Part shown: positions 1-20,675 of the stretch, one piece after another
How positions within the stretch are numbered: the stretch's first letter is position 1
Layout of the letters: the number at the start of each line of letters is the position of its first letter
NCBI RefSeq assembly: GCF_009914755.1
Contig: NC_060928.1
Strand: one strand, 5' to 3'
From: the human T2T-CHM13v2.0 reference genome, Homo sapiens
Length of the DNA: 64,000 bases
Made by a program: the position numbers and the translations under genes
Notes under the pieces: generated by a model
Told to the model about the DNA's origin: nothing
The model's database searches: none
What the model saw: the letters and a program-made list of their open reading frames with translations, nothing else

Positions 1-2225
1 AGGGAGCTGGGAGAAAGGAGGAGTTCTGAGAGGTGGGGAAGGGCAGATCAGGAAAGGCTTATTGTAGGTTGTTGTTAGGACTATAGATTTAGCTGGAAGG
101 GACGTTTCTTCCTGCTAAAACCTGGATCAGAGAATAAGGTTTTAGCCCTATGGCACAATGGGCTTCCTAATATTTCATCCTTGAACTAGACAGACATTTC
201 CCCCAGGCACAGGAACACTGGAATGTCCATGGGCGTTTTCCACAGGGGCAGGGCCCTCTTTCTAAGCTTCTAGGGGCAGGCAGACCCAAACCTGGAAGTC
301 AGAAGGGCCTGCACTGAGCAGCACTTGCCTGGTGGTGTGTACTCAATTAGTATTGAAGTGAATGAAATAAGAGAGGTTAAAATGATAGATGTTTATCCTG
401 CTTATTTCTAAAAATAAAGTTAGTAGCTTTGAAACAGAAAGCACAAAGAAAGAGAATAGAAGTCTTAGAGAAAAGGGACTCTTTGGACTGAGTGCAAACA
501 CCCTATCGGGGGTTTAAATTGATACCCAAGAATACATGAAAAATTTAACACTGTATCACTAGTGCTTAAAAATGTTTCACGTCAGTCTTTTGCTATTCAT
601 ACCTTTGTATAAAGGATAATATAGTATTTCAACTGAGAAATCATATTCAGTGTATGTCTTTTTTAGTAAGATTTTAAGGAGCTGGTTTGAAGTCATTTAC
701 ATGTAAATTTTTAAATGACACTTGGAAAGATAAAGCGATTGGTGTGTTGCTGATTTTTTTTTTCTTCTTTTTAAAAGACTCTGTGGGTGGAATTTGCCTG
801 CATTTAATTTGGGCTTGAAAAGAGTGTTCTAAGCTTGTCACAGTTTTGCCCATTGTGTGGGTTGAATTATTTGGCAATTTTTTGGAAAATGATCTCACTG
901 CAACTGATGAACAGCAACCCAAACAGCCAAATTCTAGGAACAGACACAGGTGCAGACTTGATTTGCAGTCTTCCAGAACAAAAGAACTATAGGGAGGCAG
1001 ACAAGAGGCAGCAGCCAGTTTCTTCGGGATGTTACTAGTGTTAGTCCTGTCATCACACATATTAATGTAGCTAAAATAGCTCGGGTTGAATGTAACCAAA
1101 TGAATGTCAGGCCAGGATTTGAAAATACACATCCAGCATTTTCCTGGACTTAATTTCATGTAATTATATGTGAACTATTCTGAAGGGAAAATGATAGAAA
1201 AAGAAACCTCTACCCAGCACCAATTTTTTGCTTATTGTTCAGTGAATTTGCTTTCTTAACACCTGGATTACATTAAAGTTTGGTTCAAAAATATAACAAA
1301 ACCTAGGCTCTATGAGAGGCTGTGCAAAGCACATTGTGGTTAAAATTTTTCAAGACTTTTTTTTTCCTGAAATACTCCTAGGATATTTGAAATTACTGTT
1401 AGAATCTCTCCTGCCTCTCTCCCCTTCCACAAAATAAACCATACAATGCAAATTTATTTCTTAGGCATCACGTTCATTATTGTCCTCACCTCCTTGACAG
1501 TTTGCCTCTTCATTTTTTTCAAGCTTGAAAGGAAGATGAGCCCATGTGGTGATAGCTTGTGGTGCTATTTAGCTACTAAATTTTTAACCACCACAAATCA
1601 GTTACCTCTAATAATTAAAAATAAGAGAAAGGCAGGGTTTTTAAATAGTTATACCCTTATGCCTACATGTGCCAGTCAGAAGCTTGGCCATAAGCAGCAG
1701 AATGGACTCTGGCTAAGCAGAGGAGTATGTCAACAGGCTCTCATGCTGGAAGTGGCAGAAGACAGGCCCAGAAGAGGGCAGGAACTAAGAGAAGACAGGA
1801 GCTGAGACCAGGTTAACCCAGTAACCACCTGATGAGCTCTGCTGCCTACACTCCACCCTACCCCCAAAACTGTCACCTGCCACTGCTCTGGCCTTGCTGT
1901 GAAGGGTTTCCACCTCCCCTGAACCTTTGCATGACTCTCCACAGATGCAGTTTCACCAAGGGCACTACCTGGATTCCAGCACAGCTGACAGGGTGGGAGA
2001 GGGAGTGCCTGCCTGTTCCATTTCGTCCAAGGAAATGGGAGGTAGAGCAATAGAGGAGGATTCCCCTCAATGGGAATAGTGTTTGGGTTTGGGGACACCC
2101 CCCACAAAAGTAAATTGTCCACTATTATATTGTAAAGACCTGGGTTAGTAATTTTCTATGTGTTGGAAAATGGTTCTTACTGTTCTAAAACAAAGACATG
2201 CTCATGCATGATGTTTTTCTTTCAG

Positions 2226-2330
2226 ATGGCAACATGATTTCAGCTTCTACCTTGATGGATATTTTGCTAATGAATGATTTTAAACTTGTCATTAATAAAA
2301 TAGCATATGATGTGCAGTGTCCAAAGAGAG
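2226..2330 (+). CDS. MCUB: MCUB internal coding exon, 105 nt ([35 protein letters not shown]); upstream exons lie outside the window
   Basis: Pyrimidine tract + CAG at 2223-2225, donor GTAAGA at 2331; peptide matches the MCU-family N-terminal domain; phase 1 joins in frame to the exon at 20515. Confidence 0.96.
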
Positions 2331-2360
2331 GTAAGAAACACAGCTATCCAACTATTACTT

Positions 2361-2580
2361 TTTTTTTTTTTTTTTTAGATGAATTCTCACTTGCTCTGTT
2401 TCCCAGGCTGGAGTACAGTGACGTCATCATAGCTCACTGTAATCTCAAACTCCTGGGCTCAAACAATCCTCCCACCTCAGCCTCCAGAGTAGCTGGGACT
2501 ACCTGCATGCACCACCATGCCTGGCTAATTTTTTAACATTTTTTTAGGGATTGGGTCTCCCTATGTTGTCCAGGCTGGTA
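2361..2580 (-). mobile_element. Old Alu (AluJ-like), partial
   Basis: Poly-T followed by cccaggctggagtacagtg...ctcctgggctcaaacaatcctcccacctcagcc. Confidence 0.85.
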
Positions 2581-2889
2581 TCTTCACTTTTACCTTTAGC
2601 TGTGAGGTTTCCAGAGGGAGCAAAGTTTATGTTAAGAATCTTAAATTTATCAGATGACCAAGAAGTCTTTGGAAAACCAGTGTTTAAGCTTTTCCAGCAG
2701 GGGTATAAGTGATCACCTACAGTTGCCTAGCAGGACTTTTAGTCCCGTATACTCTTTTTAGACTTTCAGGATTTTACTTTAGGATCTTGAATGCTTAACC
2801 GACATTATTGGGTTAAGAGAGAGGTAGGCCTGAAAATCAAGAATTCAAGTATACATGATTGTATAGCTCTTAACTCTTGTAAAAAAAAA

Positions 2890-3140
2890 AATTGTATTAT
2901 TTAAAGCAGTTTTAGGTTCAAAGCAAAATCGAGCAGAATGTAGAGAGAGTTCCCATATGCTCTCTGCACCCCACGCCCCTTATTGTCAATATCCCACACC
3001 AGACTGGTATATTTATTAAAATTGGTGAACACACTGACACATCATTGTCACCCAAAGTCCATAGTTTACATTAGGGTTTACTCTTGGTGTTGTATATTCT
3101 ATAGATTGTGACAAATGTAGAACTACATGTATTCATCATT
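2890..3140 (-). mobile_element. Old L1 (L1M-type) 3' end fragment
   Basis: gcagttttaggttcaaagcaaaat...gtccatagtttacattagggtttactcttggtgttgt resembles an L1M 3' UTR in antisense. Confidence 0.7.
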
Positions 3141-3149
3141 AATGTACAT

Positions 3150-3715
3150 AATGTAAATAATCATCTTGTTTTTATTAATCTTTCTTAAATGTATATGTAG
3201 CTTACATTTATTTTAATATTTAACATTAAAAGTGTCTTGGGTCTTTATTTAGATGTTTAATGATGTTTTTATGACCAGAAATATGCTGTAAGAACCTAAC
3301 TCTTGCTTATATCAATTAGCCTATGGTAAAATTGGTTTCCTTATAGTTGTTTCATTTAAAGTTGCAGTTTTCAAGAACCTGTCTATGACATTAAGAATTA
3401 TACAGAATAGGGCCAGGCAAACTCTACCAAACTCTACCAAAATTCAAGGATGCTCAAGGCCCTGATACAAAATGTTTGTTATATTTGCATTTAACCTCCA
3501 TACTCCCTTCATATACTTTAAATCTCTAGATTACTTACAATACCTAAGACAGTGTAAATGCTGTGTAAATGGTTGTTATACTATATTGTTTTTTCATTCA
3601 TTTTGTTGTTGTTATATTGTTAATTTTTATTAGATTTTTTTCCCAAATATTTTCAATCCATGGTTGGTTGAGTTCACAGATGCAGAACCCACAAATAAGA
3701 AGGGCTGATTGTATA
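3150..3715. mobile_element. TcMar-Tigger-family MITE fragments (MER82-like, then MER2-like from ~3440)
   Basis: MER2-like end tggttggttgagttcacagatgcagaacccac...agggctgattgta; AT-rich body. Confidence 0.6.
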
Positions 3716-4009
3716 GCCTTTTCAGATTCGCTTCTTTCTTTCTTTTTGGCAGGGGTGGGGGCGCATGGTAGTAGGGCCAGGGACATGAGAGAGCAAGGGA
3801 AGAGAAAATAGGATATTTAAGAAAGGGGGTACAACAGGGAAAATACTAAACAGTGAGAGAGAGGAGTGAAAAAAGGGGGAGAGTGGGAGGAAAAAAAGAA
3901 AGGCAAGAGGGGAAAGAAGAAGGGGGAAAGGAAGAGAGAGCAAAGAGAAGAAAAGGGAGTGATAAGGGAGGAGACGAGGCAGTAAAGAAGAAAGTGAAGA
4001 GGAAGGCCA

Positions 4010-10440
<6,431 letters not shown>

Positions 10441-11694
10441 TATAGACTGTTAAGGGTAGGAGGAAGAAATTCATAAGTCTATGCCTTAATAAATTGGTGA
10501 TAAAAGAAATAGATCAACAAATAATAGAAGGCTCTTACTTACAGTGAGGTGCTGAGCATCTACTGGTAAATGTGGGAGAGTTTCTGGAGGTGGAAAATCA
10601 TCACTTTGCAGCCAAATTCTAGATCAGGCAAGAGCCATCAACAGGGAGGGAATTTAGATAAGAAATTTCTGTTAAAAAAAGTCCTCCAGCTTGAAGCAGC
10701 TCCAGCTAACCATTATCTGGTACAGTTTGAACACCAGTGACTCCTGTGTCTTTGTGACTTGCTCCCTCTCCCCCTTTTTTTGTAAGTACTTTTACTTTTT
10801 GATATAGAAAGATGATCCAGGTTGACCTTGTACCTATCATGTCCCATCACTTTTATCAGCCATTTCTCTGAGGACCCCTCAAACAAAAATAATTTTTTAA
10901 AATTTTAATTGTATATTTGAACATTATGCGGGATTTTCAAATACAAACAAGAAAAAAGAAATTAAAATGAATCACTCATTTCAACACTTACAAACTTGCT
11001 TCCATTCTGAATTCTCTTTTAACATCAGGGCAGTATTTAACTTCAAAGAGAGAAGGGTGACAGAAATTGGAAAATATGGAAGAGGAAATCCCTGTTAAGA
11101 TATTATACAACTTTCATGTCCAGTGAGTTCCTAACACCCTGGAAGGTCTTTCACTTGCTGTTCTTTGGGTTGCATTTATGAACAAACAAGTGGAAATAGA
11201 TGTTTACAGGCCATCCCATTACTCCATATGACCTTCCCATCCCTCAAACCACCACATGGACCATAAGCCTTAGGTCTAAGTGGGATAAAGCACAACCTCC
11301 GCACTCCTGCCCACTCATTAGAAAACCCCTCTTGCTGCTGGAAGGGCTGTGTGTTGGGATTGAACTCCTAGGGCAGAAGCCTCCCTGGAGATGGGAGGTC
11401 AGTGAGCCCAGGTTTCCCTGTAACCTCAGCTTATGAAAACTGTATCAGACTTGCCAAGTCTCACAGTGTAAAGTAAACAGGGACACAGCAGGTATAGTTA
11501 GAAGGAAAACAATGGCAGAGGAATCATACTGGATTAACTGAAAATGAAATTTATAAAATTACAAATTTGGAGTTTTCAAAAAAGTTATTTAAACTCCATT
11601 TAACTAAAATATTCCTAATACATTGCAAATGTGGATTTGAAAATTTGGGGTATGAAAATTAAGTTCACAAGGAAGACACATAAATGAGAAATAA

Positions 11695-13038
<1,344 letters not shown>

Positions 13039-14191
13039 AAGAAAAGGAAAAGAATAATTATCTCTCATTTTTGGCCTTTATTAGGAAATGCCACAGACAA
13101 ATGTTATGAGTCAGTTTAGGTTGGTGGTGTAACATGAATTCTGTGGTGCCCATGCTTCTGAAAGAGCAGAGCCAAGGGCATTCATTGTTGAACTCAGATA
13201 AACATTTCGTGCCACTTGACAAAGACTCTCACCTTGACTAAACTTCAGTCAGGTTCCTCGGAACCCTCTTCTCAACTAGGCGTTAACCATGGCCTATAAA
13301 AACTGTAAACTCTCAGCACAGATTTTGTCAACACTGCCCCCCTCACACCACACACACTAAGAGAGTTGAACCAACATTTGCATAGTTTCTCATAGCTCAA
13401 GGCCACATCATTTGGATGACAACTCTGGTTCTTTTAGAATGTCTGTCTGAGAAAGCTCAGTACCCTCTGGAAAATTTACTGTTTATTCCAGCCAAAACCT
13501 GGTGATAGGTCAATAAGCCATACAACCTCATCTTTAGAGCAGTGCTGTACTTTGAGTATGTTTCCCAAAGTTGATGTGTTGGAAACTTGATCCCCAGTGT
13601 TGTGGTGTTGGGATGTGAGGCGTATTGGGAGGTGTTTGGCTCATGGGGGCACTGCCCTAATGAATAGATGAATGCCATTTTCACTGGAGAGGTTATCTTG
13701 GCAGTAGGTTCCTTATAAAAGGATGAGTTTGGCCCCTTCTTGTGCTGTTGTGCATAAACACTTGCTTTCTCTCTGCCTCCCTTTTGCCATGGGATGATGC
13801 AGCAAGAAGGGTCTCACCAAATATGCCAACACCTTGGTCTTGGACTTCCCAGACTCCAGAACTGTGAGGAAATAAAATGTTGTTCTTCCTAAGTTGCCCA
13901 GTCTGTGATATTCTGCTATTGCAGCAGAAAACAGATTAAGACAGAAAATTGGTACCAGAAGTGGGGCTATAAGAAACATCTGAAAAGGTGGAAGTGGCTT
14001 TGGAATTTGGTAATGGGCAAAGGCTGGAAGAGTTTGGAAGAGCAGACTAGAAAAAGCCTATATTGCCATGAACAGAGTGTTAAGGACAATTCTGGTCAGG
14101 GCTCGGAAGAGAATAGCTGTAGGAAGTCTAAAAGTTTTTAGAGATTTACTTAAGTGGTCATGATCAGAATGTTTGTAGAAATATCGATGGT

Positions 14192-14325
14192 AGGCTGGGT
14201 GTGGTGACTCGCACCTATAATCCCGGCACTTTAGGAGGCTGAGGCGGGTGGATCACTTGAGGTCAGGAGTTTGAGACCAGTGTGGCCAACATAGTGAAAC
14301 CTTGTCTCTACTAAAAATCCAAAAA
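14192..14325 (+). mobile_element. Alu left-monomer fragment inside the MST internal region
   Basis: ggctgggtgtggtgactcgcacctataatccc...tctctactaaaaat. Confidence 0.9.
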
Positions 14326-15734
14326 TATGTATATGGTAAAGGCCAATCTGATAAGCTCTTTGAAATGAGGAATATCTTACTGGAAGCTGGAATAAACACC
14401 ATTATTGTTATGGACTTGCAAAGAACTTCTGAGCCCTCACCAGAATTGCCCTTAATACTCTGTTCATGACAATACAGGCTTTTTCTAGTCTGCTCTTCCA
14501 AACTCTTCCAGCCTTTGCCCATTACCAAATTCCAAAGCCACTTCTACCTTTTCAGGTATTTGTTATAGCAGTAACTCTGCTCCTAGTACCAATTTTCTGT
14601 CTTAATCTGTTTTCTGCTGCAATAGCAGAATAGCACAAGACTGGGCAGTTACAAAGAATTGTTTTCATATCCAAGGACTTTATGGAAGGCAGAATTTAAG
14701 AGTGACAAACTAATTTACCTGGCAGAAGAAAATTCTAAGCAAAATATTGAAGAATCTGCATGGTTTCTTTAACTGCATACAGTAAAATGAGAGGAGAATA
14801 GATTTAAAGACAGAATTCACAATTAAAAATGAGGCAGAATGTAAAATATTTGGAAAATTCACAGCTGCCCCTTGAGAATCCAGAACTTTAGAGCTACCAG
14901 TGTGCAGCAGCATCCTGGGAGAGCTGCAGGCATGAAACCTCAACCCATAAGAGCTACTGCCTGGGCTGAGCCCAGCAAAGCCATGGGGGCAGGACTGCCC
15001 AAGATTTTGAGGACCTAACCCCTGCCTTAGTGTATCCACAAGGTGGCATATGAATTCAAAGATTGTTCTGAAGTTTTAAGATTTAATGTTGTTTACTACC
15101 CTGTTGGGTTTTGGACTTACGTGGGACCAGTTACCTCTTTTTTCCTATTTCTCCCTTTTGCAGTGGAAATATCTATCCCATACCTATCCAGCCATTGTAT
15201 TTTGGAAGTACAAACTCCAGCTGTGAGTTTGATTTCAGACTCACAGCTGGAGGATAATTTGCTTCAGGATGAATCATGCCTAGATTCTTGCCCATATCTG
15301 ATTTAGATGAGACTTTGGAATTGGACTTTTGAGTAGATGCTTGGGGCTCTTGGGATGGAGTGAATGTATTTTGTGTGGGAAAAGGACATGAATTTGAGGG
15401 GCCGGGGCAGAATGCTATGGTTTGAATGTGTCCCTCAAAATTCATGTGTTAGAAACTTGATCCCTAATGCAAAGCTGTTGGGAAGTGGGACATTTTAGAG
15501 GTGTTTAGGTCATGAGGACCAACGTGAGTGGATTAATGTCGTTATCATGGGAGTGTGTTATCTTGGCAGTGGGTTCCTTAATAAAGGACAAGTTCAGCCC
15601 CTGCTTGCTCTCTCTCACCCACGTAATGCTTTCTGCTACATTATGATGCAGCAAGAAGGCCCTTGTCAGATGCTGGTGCATTGATCTTGGATTTCCCAGC
15701 CTCCACTAACAAATTTCTGTTCCTTATAAGGAAA

Positions 15735-15743
<9 letters not shown>

Positions 15744-15765
<22 letters not shown>

Positions 15766-17580
15766 AGTTTTTATTGATCATTCTTGGGTGTTTCTCGGAG
15801 AGGGGGATGTGGCAGGGTCATAGGATAATAGTGGAGAGAAGGTCAGCAGATAAACACGTGAACAAAGGTCTCTGGTTTTCCTAGGCAGAGGTCCCTGCGG
15901 CCTTCTGCAGTGTTTGTGTCCCTGGGTACTTGAGATTAGGGAGTGGTGATGACTCTTAACGAGTATGCTGCCTTCAGGCATCTGTTTAACAAAGCACATC
16001 TTGCACCGCCCTTAATCCATTTAACCCTGAGTTGACACAGCACATGTTTCAGAGAGCACGGGGTTGGGGGTAAGGTTATAGATTAACAGCATCCCAAGGC
16101 AGAAGAATTTTTCTTAGTACAGAACAAAATGGAGTCTCCTATGTCTACTTCTTTCTGCACAGACACAGTAACAATCTGATCTCTCTTTCTTTTCCCCACA
16201 TTTCCCCCTTTTCTATTCGACAAAACCGCCATCATCATCATGGCCTGTTCTCGATGGTCGCTGTCTCTTCGGAGCTGTTGGGTACACCTCCCAGGTGGGG
16301 CGGCCGGGCAGAGGCGCTCCTCACTTCCCACACGGGGCGGCCAGGCAGAGGCGCTCCTCACTTCCCAGATGATGGGCGGGCGGGCAGAGACGCTCCTCAC
16401 CTCCCAGACGGGGCGGCCGGGCAGAGGCGCTCCCCATTTCCCAGATGGGGCGGTGGCCGGGCAGAGGCGCTCCTCACATCCCAGACGGGGCGGCCGGGCA
16501 GAGGAGCTCCTCACCTCCCAGACAGGGTGGCGGCCAGGCAGAGGCACTCCTCACCTCCCAGACGGGGTGGCGGCCGGGCAGAGGCGCTCCTCACCTCTCA
16601 GATGGGGCGGCCAGGCAGAGGCACTCCCCACTTCCCAGACGGGGTGGTGGCCAAGCAGAGGCGCTCCCCACATCCCAGACGGGGCGGCCGGGCAGAGGTG
16701 CTCCTCACTTCCCAGACGATGGGTGGCCGGGCAGAGGCGCTCCTCAATTCCCAGACGGGGCAGCTGGGCAGAGGCGCTCTCACTTCCTCCCAGATGGGGC
16801 GGCCGGGCAGAGACACTCCCCACTTCCCAGACGGGGTGGCGGCCGGGCAGAGGCGCTCCTCACATCCCAGACAGGGTGGCCGGGCAGAGGCGCTCCTCAC
16901 TTCCCATTCGGGGCAGCCAGGCAGAGACAGTCCTCACTTCCTAGATGGGGTGGCAGCTGGGCAGAGGCGCTCCTCTCTTCCCAGATGGGGCAGCCAGGCA
17001 GAGGCGCTCCTCACTTCCCATTAGGGGCAGCCGGGCAGAGGCACTCCTCACTTCCTCCCAGACGGGATGGCCGGGCAGAGGTGCTCCTCACTTCCCAGAC
17101 GGGGCAGCTGGGCAGAGGCACTCCTCACATCCCAGACGATGGGTGGCCCGGCAGAGACACTCCTTACTTCCTAGACGGGGTGGCGGCCAGGCAGAGGCTG
17201 TAATCTTAGCACTTTGGGAGGCCAAGGCAGGCGGCTGGGAGGTGGAGGTTGTAGTGAGCCGAGATCACGCCACTGCACTCCAGCCTGGGCAACATTGAGC
17301 ACTGAGTGAGCGAGACTCCGTCTGCAATCCCAGCACCTCGGGAGGCCGAGGCGGGCAGATCACCTGAGGCCAGGAGCTGGAGACCAGCCCGGTCAACACG
17401 GCGAAACCCCGTCTCCACCAAAAATACAAAAACCAGTCAGGAGTGGCAGCACGTGCCTGGAATCCCAGGCACTCAGCAGGCCGAGGCAGGGAGGTTGCAG
17501 CGAGCCGAGATCATGGCAGTACAGTCCAGCCTCGGCAAGAGAGGGAGACTGGGAGACCGTAGAGAGGGAGTGGGAGAGGG
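15744..17580 (-). mobile_element. SVA retrotransposon, near full length: poly-A, SINE-R (~15767-16285), GC-rich VNTR (~16290-17195), Alu-like region (~17196-17540), short degenerate CCCTCT hexamer head
   Basis: Poly-T then tttattgatcattcttgggtgtttctcgg (SINE-R end); tandem ggccgggcagaggcgctcctcacttcccagacggg units; gggaga repeats; TSD GGAAACAAATTTTT at 15730-15743 and 17581-17594. Confidence 0.97.
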
Positions 17581-17695
17581 GGAAACAAATTTTTGTTCTT
17601 TGTAAATTATGGGGTCTGTGGTATCGTGTTATAGAAGCAGAAAGTGGACTAGTGGACTCAGACAAGCAGTTACTTTAGAAAGCTTGCAATTATGA

Positions 17696-18037
<342 letters not shown>

Positions 18038-18967
18038 TGAGGGTATAAATTTTTTATCACCCAGACCTGTCTTCTCAAGGACTTGGGAGTCTCTCTTTGA
18101 AATGTTAACGTTCAAGGACATAACTCTGGCTCTTACTCCCAACCCGTGGGTGCCTGGCTCTGACTTGCATCCTGTCATAAGGTATGAGAAGTTTATTTCT
18201 CTTCTGGATAGGTACCAGTTAACAAACCCAGATGGCCCAGTAACATTAACCAACTATCCACTTTTTGTAAATTTTCATTTCCCTGACTCTGTTCAAGCCC
18301 CTGCTGTTCACCCTGCCCATTCTGTCATTCTTTCTTTAAAACAGTCATCTCTGCACAAATTGAAGTTGAGTTCAGTTCACGCTGGACCCTATTGCAATAG
18401 TTATTAATAAAATTTACCCTTGCTGTTTTAGTGCCTAGCTTTGCCTATCTTCCATCTATGCCTTTTCTCTGTATGTATATGTTTTATGTACCAATACATT
18501 TTTCATTAACAAAAGGACTCTGACTCTTCTACAGATCTCAAAGCCTAAAAGAGAACACCTAGCTTTCACCCCTCTGTGGCAGCTATAGCCTAGACTATGG
18601 AAGGGGGTAAAGACCACAGCAGTCTTGAATTGGGTAGTGATGGAAGAAAAATAACTTCAGGACTACTGACACAAACTGGAAAACTTACTGGGCTGATACC
18701 AACTCTAGACATATGTCTCTCTTGTCTGCAGTTGTTTGCTGCTGCCTGGTGGGAAGGTCCATCTTCCCTTCCTCTCACCTTGTCCTCCCTCAGGTTCTCT
18801 TAACAGTGATAATGAACAATTACAGCTCTCAGAAGGGTATCAATCTGAGGGACTTCTCATAGCAGAGCCTAATTTTATATGGACTTATAAACCCATGGAG
18901 GAGGTGGGATGAGGGAAGTCTATAATCAAGAGAACTTTATATTAAAAACTCTGAAACCGTAACTCCT

Positions 18968-20250
18968 GTAAGAGTTGAAAAATAATTTTCCCTTTACTCT
19001 TAGTTCTTAGCTGGGATGGACCCCTGTGATAAGAGAGATTACTAAGAAGAAAACAAACAGTAGTTTATTAATGTGTATATTCCATAGACACATGGGAGGT
19101 ATCCAAGGAATGAGTAATTCTCAAAGAGGTGGCTCTGAACCTCAGCTGATAGAGCATCTTCTACAAAGAATAATACATTTTTAGAGTTGTGACAAGTCAA
19201 AGGAAAAGGGCCTTGAGTCTCTGGGGTCAGCAAATTGTGGAAAAGCAAATAAGTTGGTTAAAGGTAGTCAAAAGCTACTAAAGTTTGTCTGTAGATTCCT
19301 CTGGTGCAGTCTCCAAGCTGAAAAGGGTCTAAAGTTGTCTCTGGCGATCTACCTTTGTTCTTTCTGGTAGAGAGTGTTACCGGGGGTCCTTGCTCCCAGA
19401 ACTCCCAAGATGGTCGTGGGCCACTTCCAAGATGATGGCAAGCCTCGTGTTCTCTGACCTGGGGTTCTTGGCCTCACGGATTCTAAGGAACGGAATCTTG
19501 GGCCATGCAGTGTTACAGCTCTATTAGAAGTCGTGGGTCACGGAAGACAACCATGGAACCCAGTGACTAGTGTTCAGCTCAATTAGGACAAACCCAGGCA
19601 CTTAGCCGTGCAGGAACAAATGGCAAGCCTTTAGCCCGATCTGGAGCGGCAAAGGGGTGCCTCGCTGGATCAGGAGCACAGTGGACACCCTGCTGGATCC
19701 GGAAGAATGTAAGTCAGCAGCGAGTCTGCTACGGCGGCAAAACAGCAGTGGTGGACAGTGAGCGAAAGCTCAGCTCGAGCAGTAACAAACACGAACCAGA
19801 AGAGTGCAGTTTCAAGATTTAATAGTGTGAAATAGAGTGAAAACAGAGCTCCCATACGAAGGGAGGGGACCCAAAGGGGGTTGCCATTGCTGGCTCGAAT
19901 GCCTGGTTTTATATCCCGATCCTTGTCCTTCCCGCTGTGCTCTCAGGCAATAGATGATCGGCTATTTCTTTACCTCCTGTTTTTGCCTAATTAGCATTTT
20001 AGTGAGTTCTCTGGGTGTGAGCCAAGTTGCAAGCCCCGTGTTTAAAGGTGGATGCGGTCACCTTCCCAGCTAGGCTTAGGGATTCTTAGTTGGCCTAGGA
20101 AATCCAGCTAGTTCTGTCTCTCACGAGGTCTTTGTAAAATTTGTGTCCTGCTTTTGGGCAAAAAGGGAGAGGCCAGAGAGCCTTTCTTGTAGCTGCTTAT
20201 GCTCAATTGCCTTCAGCTGAAAATAATCCTTATGCCAAAGTCATTTTTTT
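18968..20250 (-). mobile_element. Old ERV1-class LTR (MER34/MER39-like) split by LTR17
   Basis: LTR-like sequence on both sides of the LTR17; family assignment from recall only. Confidence 0.4.
19375..20123 (-). mobile_element. Solo LTR17 (HERV-W LTR)
   Basis: Reverse complement begins TGAGAGACAGAACTAGCTGGATTTCCTAGGCCAACTAAGAATCCCTAAGCCTAGCTGGGAAGGTGACCGCATCCACCTTTAAACACGGGGCTTGC and ends ...GACCCCCGGTAACA; flanks AGAG/CGAG are an imperfect 4-bp TSD. Confidence 0.92.
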
Positions 20251-20514
20251 GGTGACTTTTTTTTTTTTTTACCTTGTATATGAACTGCTCTTCAGATCCA
20301 CACTTTGTTGTTTACTGTGACTCTCTTTGTTGAAAAGTACACTTGAACTGCTTTTCAAATGTATATTACACCTTTGTTTACATGTTTGTACACCAGCTTC
20401 CTTACCCTGTGGATCCTAAGATAATATTTGGAAAGAGAATTGGGGACCGAAAGATTTACACACCCTGCGGGAACAATGTGGTGACTGGCTTGTTTCCCTT
20501 GTGTCTTTTCTCAG

Positions 20515-20675
20515 AAAAACCAAGTAATGAGCACACTGCTGAGATGGAACACATGAAATCCTTGGTTCACAGACTATTTACAATCTTGCATTTAGAAGAG
20601 TCTCAGAAAAAGAGAGAGCACCATTTACTGGAGAAAATTGACCACCTGAAGGAACAGCTGCAGCCCCTTGAACAG
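20515..20675 (+). CDS. MCUB: MCUB coding exon, 161 nt (EKPSNEHTAEMEHMKSLVHRLF...EQLQPLEQ), coiled-coil region
   Basis: ttttctcag acceptor, GTTAG donor at 20676; frame-consistent with neighbouring exons. Confidence 0.96.

Larger units (their letters stand above)
13543..17664 (+). mobile_element. MaLR (MST-type) provirus: 5' LTR 13543-13943, internal region to ~15411, 3' LTR 15412-17664 interrupted by the SVA
   Basis: TG...CA ends; 5-bp TSD AGCAG at 13538-13542 and 17665-17669; internal start gaaaattggtacc; purine tract ggggccggggcagaa before the 3' LTR; the two LTRs are mutually similar. Confidence 0.9.

Noticed and set aside
674-2122. Several 65-161-aa ORFs upstream of the first MCUB exon
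   Set aside because: No homology recognised and no convincing splice signals; treated as intronic chance ORFs
3720-4005. Purine-rich tract with hydrophobic antisense ORF
   Set aside because: Low-complexity GA-rich sequence; no coding evidence
16290-17195. Regular ~40-bp repeats superficially like a CRISPR array
   Set aside because: Tandem units with no unique spacers, inside an SVA, eukaryotic context, no cas genes
16083-17665. Many long overlapping ORFs (up to 256 aa) on both strands
   Set aside because: Products of the stop-poor GC-rich SVA VNTR; repetitive peptides, no gene structure
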